Assembly (NCBI GenBank): GCA_002269645.1
Contig: NIVC01003744.1
Location: 15,262-79,261, forward strand
DNA: 64,000 bases
Source: Macrostomum lignano
Taxonomy: Eukaryota
Reading direction: 5' to 3'
The notes beneath the pieces were generated by a model. It did no database searches, was not told where the DNA came from, and saw only the letters and a program-made list of their open reading frames with translations. Positions 1 through 14,175 of the stretch are shown here, piece by piece (the first letter of the stretch is position 1; every line of letters starts with the position of its first letter). The translations under genes and the position numbers were made by a program.

Positions 1-131
1 GATCAGGATGGTATTGAGATGGGATCAGGATGGGATTGAGATGGGATCGGGATGGGATTGAGATGGGATCAGGATGGTATTGAGATGGGATCAGGATGGT
101 ATTGAGATGGGATCGGGATGGAATTGAGATG
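1..131. repeat. 22-bp minisatellite (GATGGGATCAGGATGGTATTGA-type), about 6 copies, cut by the window edge
   Basis: Unit gatcaggatggtattgagatgg recurs every 22 nt from base 1. Confidence 0.9.
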
Positions 132-3100
132 AAAATCAGATTACAAATCAGGAAATATGCAATCAGTCGCACTTGCGTAATTAGAACTTTCTCAAATATA
201 AAATTTCTCATTGACAGCAGGAGAATTGCAGAAATTTGTCATTTGAGAATTGAAACAAGAAATTGATGGCCAAAGCCACTGATGGTTTTGTCGGCGCAGC
301 ATCAGCGGGAGTCCCTTTGATGAAGCCGAGCTGATCGATGGGATTCCCCCCCCCCAGGGATTCAGACGGGGAGCAGGGGATAAAAATCCCTCAGCAGGAA
401 GTGTAAAGCAAAACCTCAGGTGTTTTCGGGTCGCTGCCAATCTCGCACCCCCGGCCGGGGCAGCATTTTTATTGGTCATTCGAAAACAAGCAGGCCCGAG
501 TTCAAGCAGTCTTTTCTAGGAACATTCATTCCAGCTGCGAACTTTTGACTTCCTGGCGAACTTTATTTCGAAATGGAATGTTTTTCTAATCGTTTTTGAG
601 GTACTTTTCCTCTTTAAGTGCGGGCGCGTTCACCTTGAATTTTTCACCTTTGCTGTTCAAAAACCCACACAGGCACAAGAAGGCAGTGGCAGAGGCGCGT
701 TTGGCTCAAGCGCGCAGAGTTTATGCACAAAACCACAAAATACACAGGTGCACATATGCAAATGCGTGCCTTGCCTGGCGATAGGGCAAGTACCTTAACC
801 CCTCTGACAACCTATATGTACATCCCGTATGTCCACTCTATGTACAATCCGTAGTATTCAGGCAGCACAATCAATATATTTAACTGAGTTGTAGCCGAAA
901 GCCACAACTTGACCATAGACTAACAGCACAAATATGTACATCTCCCCCATGTACATTGCTAAAATCTCTACCCCTCTCCTGGCAGCCACCCCACTCCGCC
1001 AAGCAGGCGACGCTCCCCCATGCCCTCCTAAATTATCAGATAGAGATTTGGCATGCGTTTCTCTTAGGCCCAGCCGTGCAGTCACTCAGTGTCTGTCAAA
1101 TGTATCAATATCGCCTTAATGCGCCATTTTCTCTTTAGAGACAAGACAGGCAAGAGGTGAAGTAGCGGGCCCGTGCTAAGCGGCTTTCCTCGGATGCTGT
1201 GAAATGATTTCGTGCATAATAAAGAAGAAAAAAGAGAGAAATGTGAATAAGGCTGCGTCAGGCAAGCAAAGAGGAGCAGAGTGGTAAGCCGATACACCTG
1301 TGCGCCCGCGAGTGTTCGTGCGAATCCATCTGCGCCTCTCGGTGGCAGCCCGGGGAGGGCGGTGCCGGCAGCAGGCGAGAGGCGCCCCGCATCTGAGGCA
1401 GCCCTCGATCCGAGGGGAATCTTACATGCATCCCGGATCCGACTTTGCAAGCTGATGTTAAAGCAGCCCCTCCCCATGCATTCACTCCGCCCCCAAGCTC
1501 TTCTCCATCGAGCTTCCTCGCATATCAATTCCTCGTTGAAAAGAATTCGTAAAAATCGCCCAATGGGTTCGGAACGGCAGGCGTTGAAAACCGGAACTGC
1601 CTTCTAACGGCCCTGCCGATCTTCACTCCGCAGCCCCTGTCCAAGGGATGCAGCGCACGGGAGTTGCCATGCAAGCCGGCTCTCCGTGTCTCAGTTTCCA
1701 ATCCAAGTCCGAATTGCTGTCTAGAGAAGAGGGACAGAAGCAACACCGCATCAGAGCGGAAGTGCGGGCGGTGAGGCGGGCAAGCGGACTGCCGCTCACT
1801 GCTGCTGGGCGCCCAGAGGCAGATGCGGGAATCCAAAAGCCGTTGCTACCCGCTCGTGGAGGGGATCGTTTGTCAACTTCCTGGACAAAGTGTCTCCGGA
1901 GTGGGAAACGGGAAGATAGAGAGATACGAGGGGGGAGCTGGGATAGAGGGGAGAGAGGGGGAGCTTCTGAGCTGCCCTGAGCAACTCCAGTTGGCTGCTG
2001 TTGTTGTTGTGATGCAGAAACGGATCTCGTGAGCCTGTCTGAGGCAATGGGGGGGGGGGCGCACTGTGCAGTGCCAGACTATAAATCAAAATCTCGGATT
2101 GGGGTGTGAGTGGCTTTGTAATCTGTTATACCACAATGTGAGCTAAAGGATGGTGGGACGAGACATGATTTACCATCTGCTTCAGAACTGGGGGCTGCTC
2201 TGTCCGTACTGACTCTGTCTCGTATCTCTCCTGGATAAAAAATTTGAGCCAAAATTCCACTACAGTCGTAAATAAAGTGGCGCTGTTTAACTCGCTGCAG
2301 TTTTACAAGCTTGATTCAACACAGCAGAAGTGGGATAATAATGAGACTATTGAGCTGTTGTACCGATATGTTGCTTAACATAAAGACGCAGCAATGCCCC
2401 CATCAGAGAACGAACATCTTATCCGGAGATGGGGAGGAAAAGACAGATTGCTGTGAAGGATGCGAATGAATCTCACGGAAGCGACGGAGCGATGCGTCCG
2501 CGAATAGCCCTCAGGCCGAGGCAGCAGCCAAGCTTGATGCCGCCAGGTCACTTCATGACCCCCCCATGGCAACCCCCTGAGGTCAATGACCGCAGCTGAG
2601 CATTGCGCCTCGAATGCTAAGCGCCTCTGGGATCTGGGAATTTCTCCGGCCCTATTAATTCATCCGTCCAGATGCCGCAGAGTTTTACGAGGAAGCTTTT
2701 TGAATCATTAATTTTTGAAGATTTCTTCTTTGAAAAGAAGTCGGCGGCCGGTCGCAGGTCGGGGGGGGGGTCCACAAAAGTGCCGGGCTGAGGGGCTCCG
2801 GGAGCCGGTTGAAGAATCGATCAACCGGAGCGCGCGGCGCTTCTTTGAGACGACTCGGGCGTCCTTGATGGACTTGAGAGCGGAGGCGGTGGACTTTCTT
2901 AGAATGATGACTGGAATGAAAGCGGCGGCTCGGTTGAGACGAAGGAAATTAGGACATTGGGATTGGGTTTCCCAGGTATTGACTCGCGGTTCTGCGGCAG
3001 CTCAGAGTGCACCGATCCCGCTTCATGTCAGCCCTGCCCGGTTCTTGAGAGCTCAACCAGAAACTTTTAATCCGAAATTCCTCCCCACGCAGGGATTGAG

Positions 3101-3785
3101 GCACAGTGTTCATCAAGTAGAAAGTGAGCAAAGTCTCGTGAGCAAACCGATCCCAGCAAGCCGGCAGAGGCCAGGTGCATTGGAACCGCGCCTCTGTTAC
3201 CTTTTCTACCTTGGGAAGAAAATCAACTGAGGATTCGATTGAATGGCAGACCGGGGGACAGCGAGGAACCACTTAAGTCCCCGGTGTTTGCGAGAAAGGT
3301 CAGCGGAGGGAAAAGTCTCTCTTTCAAAGGGTTACGCTCGGAGAAATGCAAGCAGCAGATAAAATGAGAGACGGATGGATGGCAGCGGAAAGGCTGAGAG
3401 ACGGGTTGTTATGGGAGGCTGTCCCAGTGCGGCAGCTGGACGGATCTGGCGGATAAAGCCTGCAGCTGCGGAGACGTCACAAACGACAGCAGCCCAAACT
3501 CCGTTGTGGCGAAATTCAAACAGTGCGCCAGCCACCCACCGGCCTGTCAGTCACCGCAGCCTCCGCTGCACCTCCGGGTGCGCGATCCCTCGCGCGCCCC
3601 TTCCAGATCATCGCCGTCTGGAGGGGGTGCAGCGCGCGGCAGTCACGCACTCCTGACACCCGGGCATCGCAGAATTCATCCAGATACACTTTGGCCGCAT
3701 TCTTATGCCAGTTCATTTCTGCCTGCCATGCCCGGCCCTGTAACTTTGCCAATAAGCTTGCGGGGTGTGACGGAATGAAGGGGCG

Positions 3786-4537
3786 TGAAATGGCATGGGG
3801 CTCGGTCTCACTACACACTGAAATGGCATGGGGCTCGGTCTCACTGCACACTGAAATGGCACGGGGCTCGGTCTCACTGCACACTGAAATGGCACGGGGC
3901 TCGGTCTCACTGCACACTGAAATGGCACGGGGCTCGGTCTCACTGCACACTGAAATGGCACGGGGCTCGGTCTCACTGCACACTGAAATGGCATGGGGCT
4001 CGGTCTCACTGCACACTGAAATGGCACTGGGCTCGGTCTCACTGCACACTGAAATGGCACGGGGCTCGGTCTCACTGCACACTGAAATGGCACTGGGCTC
4101 GGTCTCACTGCACACTGAAATGGCATGGGGCTCGGTCTCACTGCACACTGAAATGGCACTGGGCTCGGTCTCACTGCACACTGAAATGGCACGGGGCTCG
4201 GTCTCACTGCACACTGAAATGGCACGGGGCTCGGTCTCACTGCACACTGAAATGGCACGGGGCTCGGTCTGACTGCACACTGAAATGGCACGGGGCTCGG
4301 TCTCACTGCACACTGAAATGGCATGGGGCTCGGTCTCACTACACACTGAAATGGCGGGGCTCGGTCTCACTACACACTGAAATGGCACGGGGCTCGGTCT
4401 CACTGCACACTGAAATGGCACTGGGCTCGGTCTCACTACACACTGAAATGGCGGGGCTCGGTCTCACTGCACACTGAAATGGCACGGGGCTCGGTCTCAC
4501 TGCACACTGAAATGGCATGGGGCTCGGTCTCACTGCA
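3786..4537. repeat. 33-bp minisatellite (AAATGGCACGGGGCTCGGTCTCACTGCACACTG), about 23 copies
   Basis: Direct tandem repeat; explains the 11-aa periodic ORFs (MARGSVSLHTE etc.). Confidence 0.97.
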
Positions 4538-5542
4538 AACTGCGGCTCGCACAGCCCATAGTGCAGCTGCGGGTAATAAAACTGGAAAAAGCTGCTCAAA
4601 AAAAAAGCAAGCAGTTGAGCTGGTGTAGCGAGACCCGAAGTCTTGCTTTTTTGAGCTCTACTGTGAGGCTGCGAGCCCCCCAGTTCGCTACATCAGTTAA
4701 CATACTGTGCGAAAGGCAGCGTGAAGCAGAAAATCGTGGGTAGAAACTCCCCAGAATTTCTTTGTTGCAGTCGAGTTCGGTCTCTGGTGAAAGTTTTTTG
4801 TGCTCGAGTCCAAGTTCCGAGCTCCGACTTGTGGGCAGTTTTTGAAAATTGACTCAGCCGAGCAGGCCACAGGCAAATCTGACTGCAATTCATTTCCCAT
4901 GTCCCATGCATTTTAGCTAGTAGGAATAATGCAGTTGTTTAACCTGCAGCTGGCAATGGGAGCCACTCCCGCTGTTCCCAGGGGCCTGTGTCAATACCGC
5001 TGGGTTTTTATTTTATGTCAAACTTTGTTGTAAGCGGCGGGTCGCTGCCGCAGCCGCTGCGGGTCGATGACGGGTCACTGGAGTCGGTTACGTAATCAAG
5101 TGGTTTCAAGTGATCTGGGGGAGCTCAGATCCGCGCAGGTCGATACAGATTCACGCGCTCTCCGTCCGGGCTGGTGAAGTGGGATGGGGGAGCGATGAAG
5201 GACAGCTGCATCTGGGATTCCGGGATATGCGCGCATCCGCGAGCAGAGAAGATGGAGGAGGCAACTGCGGGAGGCTGGCAAAGTGAGGAGACAGCCGGGG
5301 GTACAGAGAGAGCTGCTACTCCATCCCAAAGTGCCTACACAATGCAGCTGATTGCTTGCAGCTGGCACGGCGGATTGTAGCTTTCTGGATGGCGCCAGGA
5401 CTGATCAGCGAGGTTTTGATACCCCTGACAACTAGTCTGGCGCTCCTGACACCTGCTGAGCATTGCTCAGGGCAGAAATGTCAGGGCAGTCTTTACCATT
5501 GAATTGTACTGATGGTAAACTCCCAGCCTATGCTCCACGAAT

Positions 5543-5992
5543 ATTATGAAGTTTAGTCACGGGAACGGCTCTTTGAAAATGACTCTTGATCGATTATGAA
5601 GTTTAGTCACGGGAACGGTTCTTTGAAAATGACTCTTAATCGATTATGAAGTTTAGTCACGGGAACGGCTCTTTGAAAATGACTCTTAATCGATTATGAA
5701 GTTTAGTCACGGGAACGGTTCTTTGAAAATGACTCTTAATCGATTATGAAGTTTAGTCACGGGAACGGCTCTTTGAAAATGACTCTTAATCGATTATGAA
5801 GTTTAGTCACGGGAACGGTTCTTTGAAAATGACTCTTAATCGATTATGAAGTTTAGTCACGGGAACGGCTCTTTGAAAATGACTCTTAATCGATTATGAA
5901 GTTTAGTCACGGGAACGGCTCTTTGAAAATGACTCTTAATCGATTATGAAGTTTAGTCACGGGAACGGCTCTTTGAAAATGACTCTTAATCG
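5543..5992. repeat. 50-bp tandem repeat, 9 near-identical copies
   Basis: attatgaagtttagtcacgggaacggYtctttgaaaatgactcttaatcg starts at 5543, 5593 ... 5943; no spacers between units. Confidence 0.97.
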
Positions 5993-6727
5993 ACCGATCT
6001 GAGCAGACAGTGGAACAGTTTTGTTAGAAAATCTCCCAGTTGGCCTTCGAGTGGCCCATTGACTCAAAAGTGGACCCGCGGACTCAAATATTATCGTTAG
6101 CTAAGCAGGGGCGGGCGGGAGCACTGACTCACAATTGTGCAGCCGTTATCTTCCCAATGTCCCCCACCCAGCCCTGCCAAAGCACTCCAGGCAACCCCGG
6201 CAGGTCGATGGACTCGAGGCGAGGAGGCATTCAAGGGGAGTTTTTGACGGTCGCAAAGCCTGAGCAGGGAGAGCAAGGACTCATGCAGCCCTGTTGAGAG
6301 GCTGAGTACTGCCATATAGTGAGGGAGATTCACGCCTGACTTGAGTCCGCCTCTGAATGGCTGAGCGTTACTGAGGCGCACCTGATCAATTATTAAACAT
6401 GGCCGGGACAGCGGAGCTGCAGCTGCAATCAGGATGGGGACTGCGGGAGGGGGACGGTGATGACTGATGATGCGGCGGCTGCTGTGGCGCAAATTGGCTG
6501 GCGGACGGCTACCATTTTTTTATTTAATCTGCGCCTAAAACCTAATCTGTTAAATTATGTCAAAAATCTTCACAGTCATGTTTGGAATTTTTCACCTGCT
6601 GGGGAAAAAATTATTGACCCTGACCTGCTGGCGGGATGAGTCATAAAACTGTGGACGGAATAGCCTGAGACAGAAATGAATCCTGAGTGCATAGGAGCGT
6701 GGATAGATGCTAGGATAGAATTATAAA

Positions 6728-7313
<586 letters not shown>

Positions 7314-7341
7314 TGCATCGGTACATAAAGGTGGGCGGCTC

Positions 7342-9650
7342 ACCTGCAGAGCTCGGGAAAGGCCACAGCGGCTCAGAGCCCGCAGGCTGGCAGGCAACGA
7401 GTCGCTCTCGTTTGAGCCGCCGCCACCACCGCCGCCGCTGCCGCCGCCGCCGGCCGGACAACCGCCACTGCGCTTCAACGACACCGACGTGATGAAAATC
7501 TGCGACTTCTCTGGGCAGCTCAGCGACATGGAGTCGGGCCCTAGGCAGGTTGCCTCGTCGTCCAGCTTCACCAGTCGGCGGATGAGGCCTGGAAGTGCAG
7601 GAAATGCTGAGGTTTTCGATTCCAAGCAGCAGTGAGCAGATGGGCCAGAGAAGCCCGCACTCACAGCCTACTCTTTTCTATTACTCCATGGCATACATGC
7701 GCAACAGTCGGCCGAGTCGGCCAATCCGGCCGACCGATTTGGCGGCCAACCAATGAAGTCGCAAAAATGCCCACCCAAAAAACCCCCAAGTAGTAGTACT
7801 AAGTAGCTGACGAGACATTTTATCTTAATAAAACAGTCGTAGTTACTCCTGCCGTTTACCCAAAGTTGCGTTAATTTTGCTTTCGGGTTTTATTATATGT
7901 AAGTCGCATTTTTGGCCAAAAACTACGTCGCTTTTTTGTTAAAACTAAGTCGCACGGCTGACCGAATTTTGGAGGTTGCACATGTATGCTCCATGGAGAC
8001 CGTGCTTTCAGATAGCAAAGTTTCCGCATTCAGGAGTCGCGCCGCTTTTGAATGCGTAAATTTTACGAGACACCTGACCCTACTTGACCCCGAGATGCCA
8101 CAATTGATTACCCCCATTTTTGAGTCCTAAACCTGACATTTTCACTTTTTATAACGCACGGCTTCAAACCAAAACCTGAGACAAAGCTGGCAGACAAAGA
8201 CTTTGAAAAAAAGCACAAACAGCTGCGCAACTGCAGACTTTATGCTTGGCTGACAGTTTGACAAATTTAACTCCATGCGGCCTTGGAGAGCGTCGTTGGT
8301 CGCATCTGGCTGAGACACGCAGAAACTGCACTGCAGCGGGCCAGCAGCCGTGGCCTGCACTGCTCCGGCGGCAGGCAATAAATTCGGCTTGCTCCCCGGC
8401 CCCTAAACCCCAATTAAATGCCGATTGTAAACAGGTTCAAAACATGACAGGCCCGCCAGAGCAAGATAGCATTTGGGGACAGACGTTGTAAAACTTGCTT
8501 GGATGTCTGTTCTGCCACCAAATGTTTTCGGACCTGCGGCCTGTTTTGTCTGTGGAATCGGCCGTAAAGCTTGAATTATCGTCTGCCGCAGATGCCGCTC
8601 GGCGAACGAGTCGGAATGAGAGAACTGGGCAACCACTGATGCAGTGGAGAATCTGTGGCTGTTTACTGCAATCCTGCAGCATTGGTAATTCTTGCCTCGG
8701 ATTTGGTTCCGTCTGCTGCGGCTCTCTGCCTGCCTGCCAATCTGGCCAGAATTTCTCTAAATCTCTCATCTGAACCGCTGCTTTGCTAACGATAGGGGCG
8801 CACCGGCCGAATTTCCTTTTCGTTTGATTTGAATGACAAAAACACTCATTAAGGACGCACCGGGCGAAACAGGAATCGTCGGCGCGCAAACTTGGGAGCG
8901 GCCTGGTTTTTTTACGGCCCTGCCAATCTGCAGACAGAAATTGCGGAGTTCAGAGGATCCGCGGTGAAAGATTCGAGTTTATCTCATTTCACCGAGCCGC
9001 ATTCGTGGCAGCGGTCACTCCACTACTGTTGAAAGAAGGAGAATGCCATTTTCGGGAAAATGCCATCGATCTGGCTATCAGTCTAGCACTAATGGATGCC
9101 ACGGAGTTTTGGGCACCCTGGAGCAACGCCTTCGGCGACTTGGTCCCTGACTCCAGAGCACTTCCGAGAACTTCTTTTGCACTTACTTTTATATACGACA
9201 GTCTTTTTAACGGTTATGAAGTTTCGCGGTTGTGAAGTTTCGCGGTTTTGAAAGTAGGTGATTTAGCGGTTGTGAAATTTCCCGTTTGTGAAAGCAACCC
9301 GAGCAGCCTCTGAGCTGCTCTGCCCCTCCACAGACAGGATTATTATAAGTGCATAAGTGCAGTCAGTTAAGTTCTGCTCGAGGTATCTGAGAAACTCAGG
9401 AGAGAGGCATACCTTACGCTAAAGTACCCAAAGCAAACTTAACAAGACTCAAAAGCAGCTCACCTCGATAGAAGTTGAGCTTCTCCAGGTCGATGAACAC
9501 TTGACCTTTACTCGCGTCTCCCGGCTGCGATTGCGACTGGTCGGCGACTTCTCTGCCCGTCCTCGGAGAGTCCACGGGCTGTTGCGCGATGCTGTCAGCC
9601 ACCGGGAGCAGCAGGAGCAGCGGCAGCAGAAGTAGCAGAAGCTGCGCCAT
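7342..9650 (-). CDS. First two exons (9650-9464, 7588-7342) of a secreted protein with a possible SUEL/rhamnose-binding-lectin-like domain; 3' exons not resolved
   Basis: Exon 1: ATG 9650, signal peptide [20 protein letters not shown], donor G|gtgagc (phase 1). Exon 2: acceptor cacttccag|, donor CAG|gtgagc, phase matches, giving ...[41 protein letters not shown]...CGLSRALQ. The C-x6-LSCP-x4-I-x-I spacing resembles the start of Gal_lectin/SUEL domains (family call is inference). Confidence 0.55.
7692..7988. mobile_element. hAT-type MITE, copy 1 (297 bp)
   Basis: TIRs CATACATGCGCAAC / GTTGCACATGTATG; 8-bp TSD CTCCATGG at 7684-7691 and 7989-7996; homologous to 17408-17694. Confidence 0.9.
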
Positions 9651-10782
9651 GTAAGACGTCCGGGAAGGAAGACGAGGCATAAGCAAACTCGAACGAATTC
9701 CTTTCTGCTGCTGGCAGGCGGTGAGATCAGAGCTGAGTTAACAGAGGCCTCTCTCCCCCTCCTTATTAAGAGAGGAGTCTGTCCATGACTAGAGGCAGGT
9801 GCAAAAATAACAAGCCTTCCAGGCCTCACAAAGACAGCACAGAAGAGGGAGCCGGGAAGAAAGACAAGGAGTAGAGGGCAGTGACGTGTTTACGCACGTG
9901 TGTCTAGTGGATCTGGCTTGTAGAGGGGAAAGAGCTGCCCCCGGCTCCACTGCGTCTCCGCCTTATAACCCGGGGGTTCCCTCGCCTCTGCCTCCCCTCC
10001 CCAACCCTCCTTTCAGGATTTTTACCCCCCCCCCAAAGCTTCCCGCAGCCGCTCTGGCGCCTGGGACTCCCTCAGGCTGCCCACACCCACTCAGACGCAG
10101 TCTGGCGGCTGCCCCACTGCCATTGGCTGGACACGATGGGCCTGGTTGAGGCTCGGTGCAGTCCGCGTCGCGTGAATAGAAGCGAATGAGAACAGCGCGA
10201 ATGACTGAGCCCCCAGCCCGGGCCCAAAGGGTGAATTATGTGTGGTTGTAAAACTGCCCCCTCTCAGTTCTCTCCTTCTCTTGACCTCGGGATATCAGTG
10301 CTAAAGAGGGCATGGAAGCCTGGTACCTTCGGGGTGCGAGTTACACATGCAAGCAAATAAGCAAATGTTTGTGCTGCTGTTATATTGCCCCGGCGGGGCA
10401 ACGCGTGGCTGGGGGCCGCTCTGCTATTTTAAGCTGCAATCTTTCAGGGCGTGAGTCAGAGAGAGTCTATAAACAAAGGCCAAAGTTTTGCACCGCGGTC
10501 GAGCGAAATAAACTACAATTAGCGAGCTAACAAAGGCAGGGAGCTGCATGTGGACGCGAACTGCGTGTCCGCTTATGAGATCTCCCTTCATTGTTTGCTC
10601 TATCAGAAACCGCTTGCCGGTCCCCACGGTGTCATTTGGACCAAGCTTACACGGAGCTTTACAGCTTTGAAAAACTGTCACTTTATCTTGAAAAAGTTTT
10701 CCTATTCGATTTACATTCTTACCCTCGTGTGTTCGTTGCGTCTCCCATGCTTCTATTCCTATTCCTAGTTCCTGATCTCTCC

Positions 10783-11466
10783 CATGTTCCAATCCCTGCT
10801 CATGCGCCAATCCCTGCTCATGCTCCAATCCCTGCTCATGCTCCAATCCCTGCTCATGCTCCAATCCCTGCTCATGCTCCAATCCCTGCTCATGCTCCAA
10901 TCCCTGCTCACGCTCCAATCCCTGCTCATGCTCCAATCCCTGCTCATGCTCCAATCCCTGCTCATGCTCCAATCCCTGCTCATGCTCCAATCCCTGCTCA
11001 TGCTCCAATCACTGCTCATGCTCCAATCCCTGCTCATGCTCCAATCCCTGCTCATGCTCCAATCCCTGCTCATGCTCCAATCTCTGATCATGCTCCAATC
11101 CCTGGTTATGCTCCAATCCCTGCTCATGCTCCAATCCCTGCTCACGCTCCTCTCCCTGCTCACGCTCCAATCCCTGCTCATGCTCCAATCCCTGCTCATG
11201 CTCCAATCCCTACTCATGCTCCAATCCCTACTCATGCTCCAATCCCTGCTCATGCTCCAATCCCTGCTCATGCTCCAATCCCTGCTCATGCTCCAATCCC
11301 TGCTCATGCTCCAATCCCTGGTTATGCTCCAATCCCTGCTCATGCTCCAATCCCTACTCATGCTCCAATCCCTACTCATGCTCCAATCCCTACTCATGCT
11401 CCAATCCCTGCTCACGCTACAATCCCTGCTCACGCTCCTCTCCCTGCCCACGCTACAATCCCTGCT
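10783..11466. repeat. 18-bp minisatellite (CCAATCCCTGCTCATGCT), about 38 copies
   Basis: Tandem repeat; generates the spurious PIPAHA / LEHEQG / SRDWSM ORFs. Confidence 0.97.
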
Positions 11467-14078
11467 ACAGCGTGAATCATCCATGTGGGGCTCAGGTGAC
11501 TGTGCGGATAGTGACGGATTTGGTACAGAAGCGAGCATTAGTGCTGATTAATTGTCGTCTTTGTTTCTCAAAGCCCTCAATCGTCGTGTCGCTCTTTTTC
11601 AACTCATCATGCTTTCGTTTTTTGCACCGCAGCCTCCCGCTCAGCCTCTTGTCTGCGGGTAATTGCTCCCCAGACAGAGACAAGTGCGGATGAACAGACT
11701 GCCGCATGACGGCTTAGTGCTGCCTCCTTGATCCGCTTCAATGAGGATTAACAACTTTCCTTTGTCCCAGCAGAGCAGCTATTGTATTCCGCACGGGCTG
11801 CTTTCATACGCTCACAGAATCCCAACCAGCCGCTCGGCTCCATCACCCGCTCCTCCCGGCATCCCGGAAGCAGACATTGTTGCAAACTTCAGGGAGGTTT
11901 TCAGCCGTCTCGGTAATAAGCGAGTGACTAAGCCTGCAGCGCTGATTTCAGGCTGCTGATATTTATAGACCTGCATCATTCCGCAGCACCCGATGCCGCT
12001 GATAAGAGCAGCGGTTCCGCATAGCAAATGTCACCCGGTGCGCCAGCCTGTCTGAGGGAGCCCCCGGCCACCCTCCGCCTGCCCAGGTAGCTCTTGAAGC
12101 GCGGCGCACAAATCCCCGGCGTGATTGGCGGCCGCGGTCGCGGCAAATTTACAGATTGCAGTGCCACCGTCAGTTTATCCAAGGCTCCCACTGGCCCTGC
12201 CTGCCCTCTCCCCAAACAAGCAGCCCCCGGCAACGTAAATCTTTTTACAGTCTCCACTTTCCCAATAATTTCTTCTTTTCTTCCCCCCCAGCCCAGCCTC
12301 CCCGCGACTGCAGGTAAATGATGATGATGCATCGCTAGCTTCCCTCCAAAGCAGCCATTTGCCGTTCATCTTAGAACACTCAGACGAACAACAGCAGCTG
12401 CAGCAGCAGCCCAGCTGCCCACCTGAACACCCCGGCTGTCCGTGCGAGAGTGTAGCTGCTACCAATTATCTAGGATAAATAAATGCGTCATCAATACCAA
12501 TCATAGACTGAAAGTGAATGCGTATTAAGGCATTTCTTTGCTAAAGCAAACGAAAACAAAACCAACTAATCTTTGCGTTGGCATTTCTTCCCGACCCGTC
12601 AACTGTCATTTCCTCAGCTCTCTAATCAGTTGGTGAAGTTGCAGGGCAGAGCCTCCATACAGCTGAGTCTACTGAAGGTATTTAAAGTTATAGAAAATCG
12701 GGTTCAAAAATCTAAAACTACGAGCTTACGGTTAGCGACCTAACATAGGCGACAAACTATTTCCTAAAGCCGAGCTCGTACTCACGCCAGAAGCAATTCC
12801 AGACAATTACAGCCGAATGTAACTGAATGCACGCTGTTGCTGCTCTCATTTGTGGACCAATTACCAGCAATTGCAGTCGGCTGAGATCTCTCAGGCCACT
12901 ATAGCGGCACTCGGCAAGCATTTCTTGGCGCAGACCGCGGCGCAAAATCTTGCAACATCTGGCTTTCTGTCCTGCAAACACAGATTTAAGAACTTAGTCG
13001 CTCTGGCGTCTTCTGCTCCTCCTCTTATAGAAGAGGTCAAGAAATTGTCGCCAACCCGTCAGGCCCGCCTCAAGATTTTGCTTTCAGGGTCACAAAAAGA
13101 AGACTGGCTAGAGAAAAAAGTAATTGCTTTTTGTGGCTTTGGGATCGCTGCCCTGCCGGGTCTGGGACATGACATTGTGCACACAGGCCGGGCCGGACTG
13201 AATGCATAATAATAATTATGGGAGCGAGCCTTGGGTTGGGAGTGGGCGGCGCATGAGAACTAAGGAAAAGAATAAGATAAGAACTGGCCATATCTTTCTG
13301 GCCAAGGCTGTGTGATGCAATTTATTCAAAGGAACGCAAGCCTTACATACATGTAAGCTGCGTATCGGTGCTCCTGCGACTGACCCCTTCCCATTCGGCT
13401 GAGTCATTGCCAACAATTGTGCTGTAATACATGGCTATGCATATGTATACACATGTGTAGAGTGCACGGGTCTCGGGCTGAAATGAGATCTCTTTATAGA
13501 TATTCCGCTACAGCCGTTTAGCAAACCTCTTTGCTAAATGGATGCCTCCCGAGTCCAGCATAATTGGATTCGCTCGCTGGAGCTCGCTCAAATCGCTTAG
13601 CGAAGTGCTAGCGGAATCCATGCATGTACATTCGGAATTGAGCGCACAGCATGTCATTAAATGACAGCTATATTGCCATGCATTTGTATATCTGCATCTG
13701 CATTTGTGTGAACAACAGTTTTTATCGATTTGAGCCATAAATCAGCCATCTGTATCATTAAATTTGAAAGCAATAAAATCATGTTGCTAAATGGGTTCTC
13801 ATGTGTAATAGGCGTGACACGCTTGTCAAATGAAATTATTAATTGAAAATTCACTGCATAAGACGCATGTGCCTTGAATTATTTCTTTAAACTTGTATTT
13901 TCCCGATCAAAATCTACAGATCATCAAAAAAGTCCAACAACTTTAACGAGGAATGCTTAACAATTGATTTATTAATTTTCTCCAAATATTCTCCACACAT
14001 GAATTCCGGCGGATTTCCCTTAGTGTCCTACTTACAGTAGTGACGTAATTAGTAGTAACCAATATTTGACTTCTTAGC

Positions 14079-14175
14079 GGCGCCCCTGTCCCTTGGTGGG
14101 CGCCCCTGTCCCTTGGTGGGCGCCCCTGTCCCTTGGTGGGCGCCCCTGTCCCTTGGTGGGCGCCCCTGTCCCTTC
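14079..14175. repeat. 20-bp minisatellite (GGCGCCCCTGTCCCTTGGTG), about 5 copies
   Basis: Direct tandem copies. Confidence 0.9.

Noticed and set aside
2715-3230. 171-aa plus-strand ORF
   Set aside because: Non-ATG start, no recognisable domain and no consistent splice partners.
3516-4477. Long periodic ORFs over the 33-bp array
   Set aside because: Open in several frames on both strands; an artefact of a stop-free repeat unit.
5543-5992. CRISPR-like appearance of the 50-bp, 67-bp and 37-bp arrays
   Set aside because: Units are head-to-tail with no unique spacers, there are no cas genes, and the context is eukaryotic.
7350-7637. Plus-strand Pro-rich reading (…[14 protein letters not shown]…KQQ*) as a terminal exon
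   Set aside because: The opposite strand has both a strong acceptor and a strong donor, in phase with a signal-peptide exon, so it is the better model.
10424-11551. ORFs of 194-294 aa over the 18-bp array
   Set aside because: Repeat-derived and open in multiple frames.
12850-13209. 119-aa plus-strand ORF
   Set aside because: Non-ATG start, no motif, and competing splice-like signals on the opposite strand; cannot be supported.
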